Shown one piece after another: positions 17,414 through 26,754 of a stretch of 32,000 nt of DNA. A program made the translations under genes and the position numbers. This DNA comes from Polyangiaceae bacterium (GTDB lineage Bacteria; Myxococcota_A; Polyangia; Polyangiales; Polyangiaceae). Under the pieces are notes generated by a model. It saw only the letters and a program-made list of their open reading frames with translations, had not been told where the DNA came from and made no database searches. The stretch lies in assembly GCA_049840955.1 (NCBI GenBank), contig JASGIX010000024.1, forward strand, positions 43,127 through 75,126. Reading direction: 5' to 3'. Positions within the stretch are counted from its first letter, which is position 1, and the number at the start of each line of letters is the position of its first letter.

Positions 17414-17440
17414 CCGATGCCGCTGGCGAATCGGCATCGG
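17414..17440. repeat. 9-bp perfect inverted repeat (CCGATGCCG-N9-CGGCATCGG) in the GNAT/GPH divergent intergenic region
   Basis: Read directly from the sequence: 17414-17422 is the reverse complement of 17432-17440. It lies about 150 nt upstream of the transporter ATG at 17593. Confidence 0.5.
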
Positions 17441-17592
17441 ATTGGGTCAAACCACGCTCGAGCCCACGATCCCCTGTGGACGACCGAGTTGATCGCCCGG
17501 GTTGCCTTCATGTCGTCTATACTGCCGCCGCCGCAGTCCTCCGCCTCCTCGGACCATTTCGTTCGAGGCATGGCTTCGTCGATCGGATCATC

Positions 17593-19009
17593 ATGTCAAA
17601 GCGCACAACGGACCCGTCGCAGGTCATTCCCTTCCAGGAGAAGTTCGGATACGCCTTGGGCGATTTCGCGTCGAACCTCTTTTGGATGCCGTTCATTCTG
17701 TTTGGCACCATCTTCTACACTGACGTCTTTGGCATCTCCGCCATGTCAGTGGGAGTCATGCTACTGGTCACCCGAATCTGGGATACCGTCATCGACCCGC
17801 TCATGGGGGCCATCGCCGATCGCACGAATCCGCGAAAAGGACTAGGCCGCTATCGACCTTACCTCTATTGGTTCGCGCTGCCCTTCGGATTCATCAGCGC
17901 CAGCGCCTTCTTCACGCCCAACGTCGGGAACACCGCAAAGCTGATCTATGCGTGGGCGACATACACCGCCTTCGGGATCATCTACACGGTGATCAACATT
18001 CCCTATTCGACGTTGATGAGCGTCATGTCGAAGGAACCGGGAGAACGACAGAGCGTTAGCTTCTTCCGAATGGTGGGCGCTCAATCCGCAGGGCTCATCG
18101 TTTCGACCGGGCTCATGTACTTCATCGCGAAAGCCGGTGGCGGAAACCAGCAACGCGGCTGGTTCCTGGTCATGGCTGCATTCGCAGCACTCGCCGTGGT
18201 TTGCTTCCTGCTCACGGGCAAGATGACGCGTGAACGCGTCGAGCCCGAAGCTCAAGCCCGCCGGTGAAGCAAAGAAGGACCTCACGAGTATCTTGTCCTG
18301 CTGGCCTTGGTGGGTGCTCTTCTTCGTGTCGTTCTTCACCATCGCCGCATTCACCCTGCGCTACGGCGTCGCCGCGTACTACTTCAAGTACTACGCCGAT
18401 CAAAAGGCCATTGCCGAATGGAGTCTCTACGAGGGTGGCGCCATCAGCGCCTTCTTCACGTTGGACAAGATCGCAGCGCTGATCAGCGTGGTGGCGTTCG
18501 GAGCCTTCGCCAAGAGGATCGAGAAGAAGAAGATGTACGTCCTTCTCATCGTCACATCGGGCCTGCTCTCGCTCGGGTTCAACTACGTACCCAACACGAA
18601 CGTCACGGCGATTATCCTCATCCAAGCGGCGTTTTCGTTCCTCACGGCTCCGACCGGCGCCATCCTCTTCGCGATGTATACGGACATCGCTGCACACATT
18701 CGCAACGAGTCCGGTACGATCTCGAACGGCCTCGTGATGTCCGCGGGATCCTTCTCGCAGAAGTTCGGTTGGGCAATCGGGGGTTCCATTACGGGTATTC
18801 TCCTTGGCGCTGCTGGCTACGTCCCCGACCAAGCGCAGACTGAAAGCGAAAAGCACATCATGAGCTTCATGATGAGCTGGGCCCCGATGATCGCCTGCAC
18901 GATTGCAGCAGGGTTCATGCTGCTCTACCCATTGAACGACCAGCGAATGCGTCAAATCACGGAGGAACTCGACTCGAAGGGTTTCCGTGATCCCGTTCCT
19001 GCCGAGTAA
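17593..19009 (+). CDS. Glycoside-pentoside-hexuronide (GPH):cation symporter family transporter (MelB/YicJ-like); apparent frameshift near 18248
   Basis: The N-terminal half is in ORF 17476..18267, starting at ATG 17593: MSKRTTDPSQVIPFQEKFGYALGDFASNLFWMPFILFGTIFYTDVFGIS...DPLMGAIADRT..RKGLGRYRPY. The C-terminal half is in ORF 18230..19009, in another frame (KKDLTSILSCWPWWVLFFVSFF...). Together they give the usual 12-TM GPH layout. Confidence 0.8.
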
Positions 19010-19034
19010 AGCGCACGACATTCACGTTCGATTC

Positions 19035-19060
19035 GGGGCCCTCCGGGGCCCCTTTCGTTT
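19035..19060 (+). terminator. Rho-independent terminator after the GPH transporter
   Basis: Stem GGGGCC (19035-19040), loop CTCCGG, stem GGCCCC (19047-19052), followed by TTTCGTTT. It starts 26 nt after the stop at 19009. Confidence 0.6.
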
Positions 19061-19249
19061 GTGCGCACCACATCGGGCGCAGACCAGTACCAGTTCGAGT
19101 CCCCTCACGAAGCCCCAAAACCACAGCGAGCCGCGCGTCCGAGAAGCGAGCGCAACATTGCAAACGCGTGGCACGTCGACGCGCACCTAGACTTGCCCCA
19201 AAAAGGCAAACGAGCTCCCAACCCTCTCCCCACGTTACCGCAATACGCC

Positions 19250-20139
19250 ATGACGATATCACCCATTGCCGCTGCGCTGCCCCTCGCCCTTGGACTCGTT
19301 GTTTGCGGTTGCAGCGATGGCGCGTCCTCCGCTTCGAATTCCGGCGCTGGAGGAGCTGGCGGTTCGTCGAGCGGCACATCGTCGGGCGGCGCCTGGTCGA
19401 ACGAGACTTTTGACACCTTGCCCGATCGCTGCAATGGCCAATGCAACGCCTTTACTGCCGCAGAATCCGATTCCTAACCGAAACGTCGGGACACGGAAGT
19501 GTCACCATGTACACCACGGAGCCCAGCCAAGGCGGAGCGTGTCTCTACGGCAGCACCGCGATCGAATACTTCGCGGCCATCAATGTGAACGCGTCGCCGG
19601 GGGACGAAAAGGGGCAATGGAACGACGGTCGGATCTGCGGGCAATGTGCCGAAGTACGGGTCCGCACCAGCGGCTCCGTCGAAAGCGTAATCGTTCGAAT
19701 CATGGATCGCTGTGCCGACGTCAATTGTGGAATCGACCTGGGAGGGAAGGCTCCGGCGAAGGTCATGTTGGATGGGTTCGGTCGATACGAAGGGGTCTGG
19801 AGATTCGTATCTTGCGATGGTCACCCAGAGGTGTTCGATGGCCCCATGGCTCTCCATGTCAAGGAGGGTAGCAACGCATATTGGTCTGCAGTCCAGGTGC
19901 GCAATCCACCCATGGCGGTCGACGCCATCGATTGGAGGTGTGAGCCTCTCTCCCCGTCGAGCGGCACCTTGGCCTACTCGAGTCCCCAGATGGAAAACTA
20001 CTATCTCGTTCCATCCGAGATATTGCGCTCGGACGCCGATGTCGAGCTCACGATACGCTTTCACGATGGTTCGACGCGCATGCTGACCGTCGCTTCGGCG
20101 AAACTCGGAGTAGCCGACACCGATATCGCTCTCGATTAG
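19250..20139 (+). CDS. Bacterial expansin (EXLX1/YoaJ-like: DPBB domain + CBM63-like domain) with lipoprotein signal; apparent frameshift near 19470
   Basis: The signal and linker are in ORF 19061..19477, from ATG 19250: MTISPIAAALPLALGLVVCGC plus a Gly/Ser linker. The expansin body is in ORF 19441..20139: GSVTMYTTEPSQGGACLYG..AAIN, GRICGQCAEVRV, VIVRIMDRCADVNCGIDLGGKAPAKV, WRFVSC, HVKEGSNAYWSAVQVRN. The body ORF has no signal peptide of its own. Confidence 0.75.
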
Positions 20140-20286
20140 AGCGCATCGACGACGCGAAAGTTGAGCCAACGATTGGCTTCACCAACGGCTCTCCACCCCC
20201 GCTCGTCGCTGTAGCCCGGCGTCCGAATTCCCCTGCCGTCTCGCGCAGAAACATGGGACTGGAACGCGGAGTCGGTCGACTGCGCT

Positions 20287-21087
20287 ATGCTGCGCGCCAT
20301 GTCGACGTTTCCATCACGAGTGACGTTGGGAAGAACACAATTGACGGTAGGCCCCTTGGGGGTCTCTGGAGGCTATGGTGTCGATGAGAGCGCGCTGCTT
20401 TCTGCCTTCGATCGCGGCGTGAACTACTGGTACCACGGCTCCTTTCGGCGCTCTGGGATGACGACGGCGATACGAACGCTGGCGGCGACGGGCCGGAGAG
20501 ATCGCCTCGTGCTCGTACTCCAAAGCTACTCCCGCTGGGGTTGGCTCATGGAACGCACGTTCACCGCCGGCCTTCGCTCCCTTGGAACCGACTACGCCGA
20601 TGTTTTGTTGCTCGGCCTGTTCAACGATTCGCCTCCGGATTCGGTCCTCGAGCGCGCAGAGCGCCTCAAGGAGCGCGGGCTCGTTCGTCACATCGCCATC
20701 TCGGCACATCATCGGCCCATCTTCGTGCAGTACGCCAAGGATCCCCGGTATGGGATCATGCACATCCGCTACAACGCCGCTCATCCAGGGGCGGAGCAGG
20801 ACGTGTTCCCGCACCTCGCCGAAACCGATCGCCCAGGGATCGTTGCGTATACGGCAACGTGTTGGGGACGCCTCTTGCAACAGGGTCGAATGCCCGACGC
20901 GCAAGCGCCTCTCCGCGGAAGGGACTGCTATCGCTTCGTACTGACCAACCCAAACTTCAACGTTTGTATGATGGGACCCCGTAACGCCATGGAACTCGAA
21001 GAGGGGTTGGCCGCACTCGACGAAGGACCGCTCACGAAGGATGAGGAGGCACGCTTCCGCGCCATCGGACGCCATGTCCACGGTTGA
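20287..21087 (+). CDS. Aldo/keto reductase-like (TIM-barrel) protein, divergent
   Basis: 266-aa ORF. AKR-like layout: LGRTQLTVGPLGVSGG..., ...YADVLLLG..., GLVRHIAISAH, MHIRYNA, VAYTA. The usual DTA..Y / K / H catalytic positions do not look conserved by eye. The start may be 20287 or 20299. Confidence 0.65.
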   Translation: MLRAMSTFPSRVTLGRTQLTVGPLGVSGGYGVDESALLSAFDRGVNYWYHGSFRRSGMTTAIRTLAATGRRDRLVLVLQSYSRWGWLMERTFTAGLRSLGTDYADVLLLGLFNDSPPDSVLERAERLKERGLVRHIAISAHHRPIFVQYAKDPRYGIMHIRYNAAHPGAEQDVFPHLAETDRPGIVAYTATCWGRLLQQGRMPDAQAPLRGRDCYRFVLTNPNFNVCMMGPRNAMELEEGLAALDEGPLTKDEEARFRAIGRHVHG

Positions 21088-21372
21088 CGAACGCAGCTTT
21101 CAGCGTTCGAGGCGAGCGCCCAGTCTTCGCTGTCCGACGTCCAACCTAAAACGATCATGTCGGGTCGCTTCGTGCCAGATGGACTCCTCTCGGTGGACGA
21201 GCACAGGGCAGGGAGTGCCAATCACGGCGCATGGAAGAACGCCTCCCGAACGAATCTCGTCGGGAGGCGTCTTCACGCGGAAACACTCGCTCGAGTGTCC
21301 GCGTAGCCGCTCGAACTCCGGTATCGTGACGCGACCTCGAAGACCGCCCACGAACGTGGAGTCCGACTTTCT

Positions 21373-22581
21373 TTAGGGTTGCGGCGTCTTCAAATTGACG
21401 GTCACGCTCAATCCCAAACCGCCTCGCTCGGCAAGCATCGACGACAATGGGCGAGCGTCCGTATCCGTGGAACCGGTTCGCCGCAACAGGATCCCCGTCG
21501 TGGGATAGGTAACATCCCAGAGATCGTCGATGTCGAAGGAGTTCGGCTCGAATACGCCAGCCTGATCGTGACCCGGCCACCTCAAGGTCAGCTTGTTGCC
21601 GTCGATTGACACGGACGTGTTGTGCTCTCGCACGGTGGGAGAATCCGTCGCGATGAGCATGTTGCTCACGCCGTCGCCATCCTCGTCCATGTCCGAGATC
21701 TGGAGCCCGTCGTCGATCAACTCCGCAACGTAGTCCTGAGGCGTGCTCGGAGAGAACTCGATCGGGAAGTTGAAGGTGAAGGTGACGGACCCATCGGAGG
21801 AGACGTTCCCCGTGTCGAGTGACGAGCTCGTCACCCTGAGGGTGTCGTCGGCGAGATCCGACAACGTGATGGTCTGATGGCCCGAGAGACCCGCGGTGAA
21901 GTTGAACGCCTGGTAAGCATTACCGCTGACGTCGTACACCGTGGCTTCGTAGGTGACGCCATAGACGAGCTCGCCTTCACCAATGGAGACCTCGCCATTT
22001 TCGAGAGACAGGATCTTCGTGCCAGTCTTCAGATCCGCATCGTTGGCCCACAGGTGTCCGGAAATAGCAGGAGTGAAGTCCGCACCGAGATCGAGCGCCG
22101 AGCCTCCCGTTCCCGTGGGAGCGAATCGAATGCTCCCCGACGGACGCGGAGAGGTGCTGTCCTCGCCAAAGACGGCAATCGTCACGGGCGGAGACTGCAG
22201 GCTCTTCGGGAACAGATAGGCTTCGTAATACTGTGAAGTCTGCTGTTCCGCATTGGCCGGCAATGCCGTCTTGAGCGGCTCCGCGGCGTAGAATTCGCGA
22301 TAATCCTTGCTCTCGATTTCGATGATGTAGTCGCTGCCAGGTTTCACGGGTCCAATGGCGAACTTGCCATTGTCCTTCGCCTTGACGTCGACCTCCTCGG
22401 TGTACGGGCCTTGGATCAAGCGGATCGTGAAGGCCGCGTCGAGCGGTTTACCTTCCAAGCCATCGAACACCGTGCCCGTGAAATAGTATCCCGTGGCGTC
22501 GTCACTCGAGTGATCCACGGTGCAACCCAACCCAGCCAGACCTGCCAAAGCAGCGCCGAAAAGAATACGCTTGAAACTCAT
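21373..22581 (-). CDS. Lipoprotein with N-terminal carboxypeptidase-regulatory-like (CarboxypepD_reg) beta-sandwich domain
   Basis: ATG at 22581 is preceded by GAGGA with a 5-nt spacer. Signal MSFKRILFGAALAGLAGLGC. CarboxypepD_reg-like pattern: GTVFDGLEGKPLDAAFTI...KDNGKFAIGPVKPGSDYIIEIESKDY. A DMDEDGDGVSN Ca-binding-like motif is also present. Confidence 0.75.
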   Translation of the reverse strand: MSFKRILFGAALAGLAGLGCTVDHSSDDATGYYFTGTVFDGLEGKPLDAAFTIRLIQGPYTEEVDVKAKDNGKFAIGPVKPGSDYIIEIESKDYREFYAAEPLKTALPANAEQQTSQYYEAYLFPKSLQSPPVTIAVFGEDSTSPRPSGSIRFAPTGTGGSALDLGADFTPAISGHLWANDADLKTGTKILSLENGEVSIGEGELVYGVTYEATVYDVSGNAYQAFNFTAGLSGHQTITLSDLADDTLRVTSSSLDTGNVSSDGSVTFTFNFPIEFSPSTPQDYVAELIDDGLQISDMDEDGDGVSNMLIATDSPTVREHNTSVSIDGNKLTLRWPGHDQAGVFEPNSFDIDDLWDVTYPTTGILLRRTGSTDTDARPLSSMLAERGGLGLSVTVNLKTPQP

Positions 22582-22633
22582 GTTGTTCCTCACATTCGAG
22601 ATTCGATGAAACTGGTTTTAGCTCGCAGCTGGT

Positions 22634-23614
22634 TCACTTGAAGTAATAAAGTGCCGCGATCGAGCTCGTAAAAATGTCCCACGGATCGTGGTAGTTCGCG
22701 GTCATCACATCCAACGTGTAACGTCCCTGTTCGACGGATTGCCCTGCGGCATTGACGCTCTTGGCGCGCGAGTCGCGGTACGTCACGTGTGCCCCGACGG
22801 TGCCCTGGAGCGTGAGCATCGGCAAGCCCATGAAGCCGAAGTGGATCTCGGCACCTGCGCGAGCCGCCACGTCGACGAGGAACGAATGACCATCTTGTCC
22901 CTGATCGCCCTGAAAGTTTCGGTCGTCCTTCTCGCGCCACGTGGAATACCCGAAATTCGCTTCCGGTAGGAACAGAAACGCGTAGTGCGAATCGTGATAG
23001 AGGGCAAAGGGCACGCCGACGTGTGCGGCGAAAGCCCAGCGCGTCGGATCTTCGACGTTACGCGTATTCGGAACGTCGGTGGATGCAGTTCCGCTGTGGT
23101 GCGCGAGACCGAGACCCGCCTGAATTCCCCATGCGTCATTGACCCAGCGGCGCGCACCGATGACCGGCACCGACGTCGAGACGGAGCCGCCATCGCTCTG
23201 CAGATCACTCATATTGACGACACCGAGCAAACCGACGCCGTAATGTCCGGCGACGCGTTCGTGATCGGTTTGGTGTTCTGCTGCGGCTGCCGCCGTTGGT
23301 TCGGTAGGCGCCGTGTTGGCGACTGGTGGAGCAGGTGGCGGTGTCACCGCGGCAACGGCAACGGGCTCGGACGCGGGCTGCGTTTCGACGTTTGCCGTGG
23401 TCGAGGTCTCTCCTGCTGCGGTACCGTTCGCGCCCGCCGTCGTCGTGTTCGCCCCGGAACCGGTCGAGGTGCCCAGTTCGAGCGATCCTCCCGTCCCAAC
23501 CGTCCCCGATGCGCCCGACGAGGGCTGAGCCGCGGCCTGTGCCCAGGCTACGTGGGTGCCCCCCAACGACGCGACGAGGACCCCTAGGGCCCAAGCGTTT
23601 CTGTGTTCCTTCAT
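22634..23614 (-). CDS. Outer-membrane beta-barrel protein (OMP_b-brl-like)
   Basis: ATG at 23614 is preceded by GGAGG. Signal MKEHRNAWALGVLVASLGGTHVAWA. An Ala/Thr/Gly/Pro-rich linker is followed by alternating-hydrophobic beta strands and an aromatic C-terminus (IAALYYFK). It is probably co-transcribed with the downstream lipoprotein, with a 52-nt gap. Confidence 0.75.
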   Translation of the reverse strand: MKEHRNAWALGVLVASLGGTHVAWAQAAAQPSSGASGTVGTGGSLELGTSTGSGANTTTAGANGTAAGETSTTANVETQPASEPVAVAAVTPPPAPPVANTAPTEPTAAAAAEHQTDHERVAGHYGVGLLGVVNMSDLQSDGGSVSTSVPVIGARRWVNDAWGIQAGLGLAHHSGTASTDVPNTRNVEDPTRWAFAAHVGVPFALYHDSHYAFLFLPEANFGYSTWREKDDRNFQGDQGQDGHSFLVDVAARAGAEIHFGFMGLPMLTLQGTVGAHVTYRDSRAKSVNAAGQSVEQGRYTLDVMTANYHDPWDIFTSSIAALYYFK

Positions 23615-23906
23615 GATACCTCCGTGGGTGCCTACGCTGACCCACCCAAGCCATTTCCCTCGCGAACTCGCAGTTCCTCACGCACGCTCGGATCTTTCGT
23701 ACCATCGTGCTCCGACCTTCGCGCTCATACATCTACGAGAGGGACGCCGAGTTCGCCAATCGATCGACCTTGGACGATAGGCGAATCTGCGGCGCCTTGG
23801 GAAGAGGGAATCGCGAGGCAATGGGATCTCTCCCTCATTTCACGATGCTTTTACGCTCGAAAAACCGCTCTATTTCACCGAAGACGGAAACCTCACTTCC
23901 GTAAGT

Positions 23907-24373
23907 GTGGCTGAAGCCGGAACTCGAGCGGACGACACGGTCTTGGCTCGGCCGCGATACGGGGTTATCGTGCGGGCGATGCTTCCTGAATCGGACGATT
24001 GTCGCGACGCAAATCGAGCGCCTATCGAGCTCAAAGTCGAGTACAAACGCGTCAACACGTTTTTCGCCGACTACACGAAGAACATTTTCCGCGCGGCGGC
24101 ACGTTCATCAGCACGACGAGGCCCCTGGCGGTCGGAACCGAATTCCTGTTCTCCTTGACCGTACCGGGACTCGGAGAGCCACTTCGGCTACGTGGCAAGG
24201 TGATTTGGACCAACGGCGTAGAAGACGCCACGCCCGCCAACCCACCGGGTATGGGGATCGAATTCCAATATTCGAGCCTGGAGGAGCGACGTGAAAAGGA
24301 GCGTCGCGTCTGGGACCTCTTGGCGAACGAACTCGGCGAACACACGGCAACGCGACTGCTCGGTCGGCGTTGA
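23907..24373 (+). CDS. PilZ-related domain protein (TIGR02266 'Myxococcus paralogous domain' type); apparent frameshift near 24092
   Basis: ORF 23907..24158 gives RAPIELKVEYKRVNTFFADYTKNI. ORF 23999..24373, in another frame, continues with GGTFISTTRPLAVGTEFLFSLTVPGLGEPLRLRGKVIWTN...PGMGIEF. Joined, they reproduce the TIGR02266/PilZ consensus. The start is uncertain (GTG 23907 or ATG 23979). Confidence 0.7.
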
Positions 24374-24427
24374 GCTGCTCCCGAATGGGCACGGCTGCGC
24401 GCGTTTACGCGACGAAGCATCGGTGCG

Positions 24428-26658
24428 TCAAGGAACCTGCATTCCCGAGGGCCACGCGGGGACGGGCGCGGCGTTCGATTTGCGCACCCAATCCTGCGCG
24501 ACGGACACCTCGACGAGCCCCGCCGCGCGGCTATTCGCAATCTCCTTGAAGTTCGCGAGAGCGATGCCACTCGTCGGCGACGTGGCTCCGAGCAATTGTT
24601 GATAGAAGCGGTATTCGACCCGCTCGGTTTCTCGTCGGATCGCCGCTTGGAGTTCCGCATCGGAGAGCTGCCCGAGCAGCCACCCGCGAAGTTTCGAAGG
24701 CCAATACTCGAGTTCGCCCAAACGACCGAGGAGATCCTCCACCGTGCCGTCACTCGGCAGATCCCGTCGCCGCTCGAGTGCCCGCAGCCAAAGCGCGACA
24801 TAGACGCAATCCTCACCGCGCAACCTCGACTGCTGCGCGTCTCGTATCACGTCGCGCATCGCGCCCAAATCGCTCGCGACGAGCGCTCGACGCCCAGCAT
24901 CGAGAATGGTGACGCTCAGTTGCTGAGCGTCGGTTCGCGAGGCCTGCAGCGCACGTTTCAGCGCACGTTCTGCGGCATCGTCCTTCCCATAAAGCTCGAG
25001 AACCCGAGCCGAATCGACGCTCGGCTTGCGCTTGTTCGATGGACCGCTGCGCTCGATCGCGAGCGCCAATTGCCAAATCGAGCGCTTCGCGGAGCGCTCG
25101 CTCGGCACCCGCAACGTCGCCTCGAATCCCGGTCAGGATTTGCAATTTCCGACCGTGGCGGCTTCGGTCGCTCCGAGGGCATCCTCGACGGATCGAGAAC
25201 GTTCTCTGGCCTTGGCGAGTGCGGCGAGTGCGGCGTCGGGGTTCGCGACTTGTCGCTCCAAGGCGAGCCAATTCCACGAAGCCGAGCGCTGTCGGCTCGA
25301 GTCGTAGAGACTGGGCGAGATTGGCGCGCGCACGGTCGAGTTCCGTCGCACGCGCTTCGATTGTGGCCATGGCTCGGTAGAGACGCGCTGGATGCGGTCG
25401 CACGGGCTCACCGCGTTTCAACAGGGTCTCCGCACGATCGAACTGGGTCTGCCGTGCTCGAAGATGGCGCGAGTCGCAACTACGTCCCCGGACTCGCCGT
25501 GAGCCAATAGGGCTCTCATCTGCAGGGATAACGCCCAACTGACTTCCTCTTGTCCGGGACGTTCTCCCAGGGCCCCGACCAAAAGATGCGGAACGGCATC
25601 CCCCAATTGGAAGTCCGGTAACAGCAAGGCAATGGGGCCCACGGCGATCAGATCCGTCGAGTGACTTCGATAGAGCTCTCGACGGCTGCGCCAAATGCTG
25701 CTGCTTGCGCGAGCTCGCTGCCAATCGTGGAGTCTCCGCGATTGGGATCGGCCTGGGACTGAAATAATTGGTAGAGCTGGCCCCACGCCATTCCGTCGTC
25801 TTCTTCACCCGCAAGCTCGAGGCGCTGCCGCAACTCTGCGGTCATCTGGCTGCCGAGATCACTCTTCTCGAGCCACTCGAGCCCACCCATTGGATCGCCG
25901 TGGCGCAAGTGGGTTGCCACGAGAGTCAACGCTCCGAAACGGCGTGCGTGGTACGCTTCGCTCGCCTCGAGACGATTGACCGGCTTAGCGTCTCCCATGC
26001 GATCCGAGACGTCCGAAACCAACGACAACGTCATCCACTCCGTCACCTTCTTCGAGGCGATCTCGAGATTGGACGAAGTGGGCTCGTAAATGGCGCGTTC
26101 CACGGCGACGCGTTGCGCGTCTCCGGCCCGCTCGAGTGTGCGCTCAGTTCCCGAGCTTGCGGCAAATTGATCCATGGCCGCAAGGTGCTCGTTGGCACTG
26201 GCCACGACGCTTGCCGACGGACTGGCTTGCTTGACCAACGAATAGAGCGCACGAGCATGCCCCTCGTTGCCAAGTCGCGAAGCCTCTTCTGCCGCTTCCG
26301 CGAGTGCGCGTTCCGCGCCCTTCCACATCGACGGTCGAACCTCACCGACCTTGATGACGTACAACGCGCCGCGAACTGCCGACAGCCCCGCGTTCCGCTC
26401 ACCGGCATCCAAGAGCGCCGCCGCGCGTGCGAGTTGTCGCCTGACGATCGCCGTTGCAAGGGTCGCACGCCGTCCTTTCGTGCGGTCCGCTCGGAGCAAT
26501 TCCGCGAGATTTGCACCGAATTCTTCGGGCTTCAAATCCGCAGTGGCCTCACGATTCGACGCTACCCGCGGGGGTGCGGCGGGCGCACGACTCGAAGGAC
26601 CGCAGCCGGAAAGGAGCGTGAGTAGGACGAGTCCTCCGCAAAACGAACGACGCAACAT
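24428..26658 (-). pseudogene. Large lipoprotein with helical-repeat (TPR-like) region; reading frame interrupted several times between about 25680 and 25050
   Basis: ATG at 26658 gives the lipoprotein signal MLRRSFCGGLVLLTLLSGC, and that frame is intact to TGA at 25648. The protein-like sequence then continues in other frames: ...STDLIAVGPIALLLPDFQLGD...; QTQFDRAETLLKRGEP..YRAMATIEARATELDRARANLAQ; SLYDSSRQ..LALERQVANPDAALAALAKA; ILTGIRGDVAGAERALREALDLA. It finishes in ORF 24428..25114 (..ARVLELYGKDDAAERALKRALQ...). This may be one roughly 740-aa gene disrupted by indels or nonsense codons. Confidence 0.5.
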
Positions 26659-26754
26659 CTCGAGCAGTTTACACGGGCGAGCGTGCGCGGACAGAGCCCT
26701 TGCGTCGCTCGCGTGCGGAACGGCGGCACACGGTCGCCCAGCCGGACGCCCGCA

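Noticed and set aside
21088-21109. Stem-loop CGAACGC-N8-GCGTTCG just after the AKR-like gene, considered as a terminator
   Set aside because: The 7-bp stem is real, but no T-tract follows on either strand. That is insufficient to call an intrinsic terminator.
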